Assembly (NCBI RefSeq): GCF_006345805.1
Contig: NC_043008.1
Location: forward strand, 71,300,001-71,364,000
DNA from: Octopus sinensis
Lineage: Eukaryota
Direction of reading: 5' to 3'
DNA: 64,000 bases
The notes under the pieces were generated by a model. That model was not told the DNA's origin, did no database searches, and saw only the letters and a list, made by a program, of their open reading frames with translations. Numbering within the stretch: position 1 is the first letter of the stretch; the number at the start of each line of letters is the position of its first letter. Of the stretch, positions 63,441-64,000 are shown piece by piece. The translations under genes and the position numbers were made by a program.

Positions 63441-64000
63441 CATGTTCCTACACCATACGGGTTACGCAAAGACAACAAACCCTACATAAACCTTGTCATA
63501 AGGCCCCCAACCAAGCCGGTTTGCGCAACGAATATCTACAGCAACTCTAAACTGCCCTACTTCTTCTCACAGGTATTATGACCTCTCATAGAGATATCTC
63601 CAGATGTCTGTGTTAGCAAAGAGGAGCTCAGTAAAATCAGTACTTTCAACCACTCCAACGACCTCACAGGTTGTGTAGTGGGTAGTATGGATGTGATTTC
63701 ACACGACCTATCTATAGACATAGAATTTGCTGTGGAGAAATGCATTGATGTATTCTGTGTGAGTGAAGTGGAGTTCCGTAAGGTTAACACGAGGGAACTG
63801 GTCCTCCTCTTCAGACTAAGCTACAACAGTAACTATTGGGATGACCATGACCTCAGTAGATTCTGCCCCACCAGGTTACAGAGGGGAAGACCACCCACCA
63901 TCACTTCAGCTGTGAAGAAAAACACCACAGAGCGCTGGAGTGGCTGGACCGCACCCACCGAAAACCCCGAGAACAACAATCAGGTGAAAGAAATGATTGC
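63441..64000 (+). mobile_element. Penelope-like (Naiad-type) reverse transcriptase, running off the window end
   Basis: One frame: VPTPYGLRKDNK...PPTKPVC...QVL*PLI...VVGSMDV...SIDIEFAVEKC...FCPTRLQRGRPPTITS...RWSGW; one TGA at 63579-63581. Confidence 0.85.

Overview
AT-rich eukaryotic (animal) non-coding DNA, intergenic or deep intronic. No host protein-coding gene, rRNA, intact tRNA or CRISPR array can be supported, and most listed ORFs are microsatellite or antisense artefacts. The window is a mosaic of simple repeats and decayed mobile elements: mariner and Tc1 transposons, two Penelope-like (Naiad-type) fragments, three RTE LINEs, an RLE (R4/Dong-like) LINE tail, an L1/Tx1-like LINE, a Gypsy element, a solo LTR, a Helitron and several tRNA-derived SINE families. 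The repeat families resemble those I recall from octopod cephalopods (inference, not verified). Most interesting: (1) a 48.2-55.7 kb head-to-tail and nested array of ORF1-only (HAL1-like) L1/Tx1-type units, two of which end at the same position of a Gypsy LTR segment, and whose 3' end is shared with a SINE tail; (2) a three-copy ~250-bp repeat carrying a minimal type-I hammerhead-ribozyme-like fold with an unusual A6U core; (3) a perfect 58-bp-arm palindrome and several other fold-back duplications; (4) an RTE insertion with a ~80-bp target-site duplication. All alignments and translations were done by eye, so element boundaries are approximate unless motifs are quoted.
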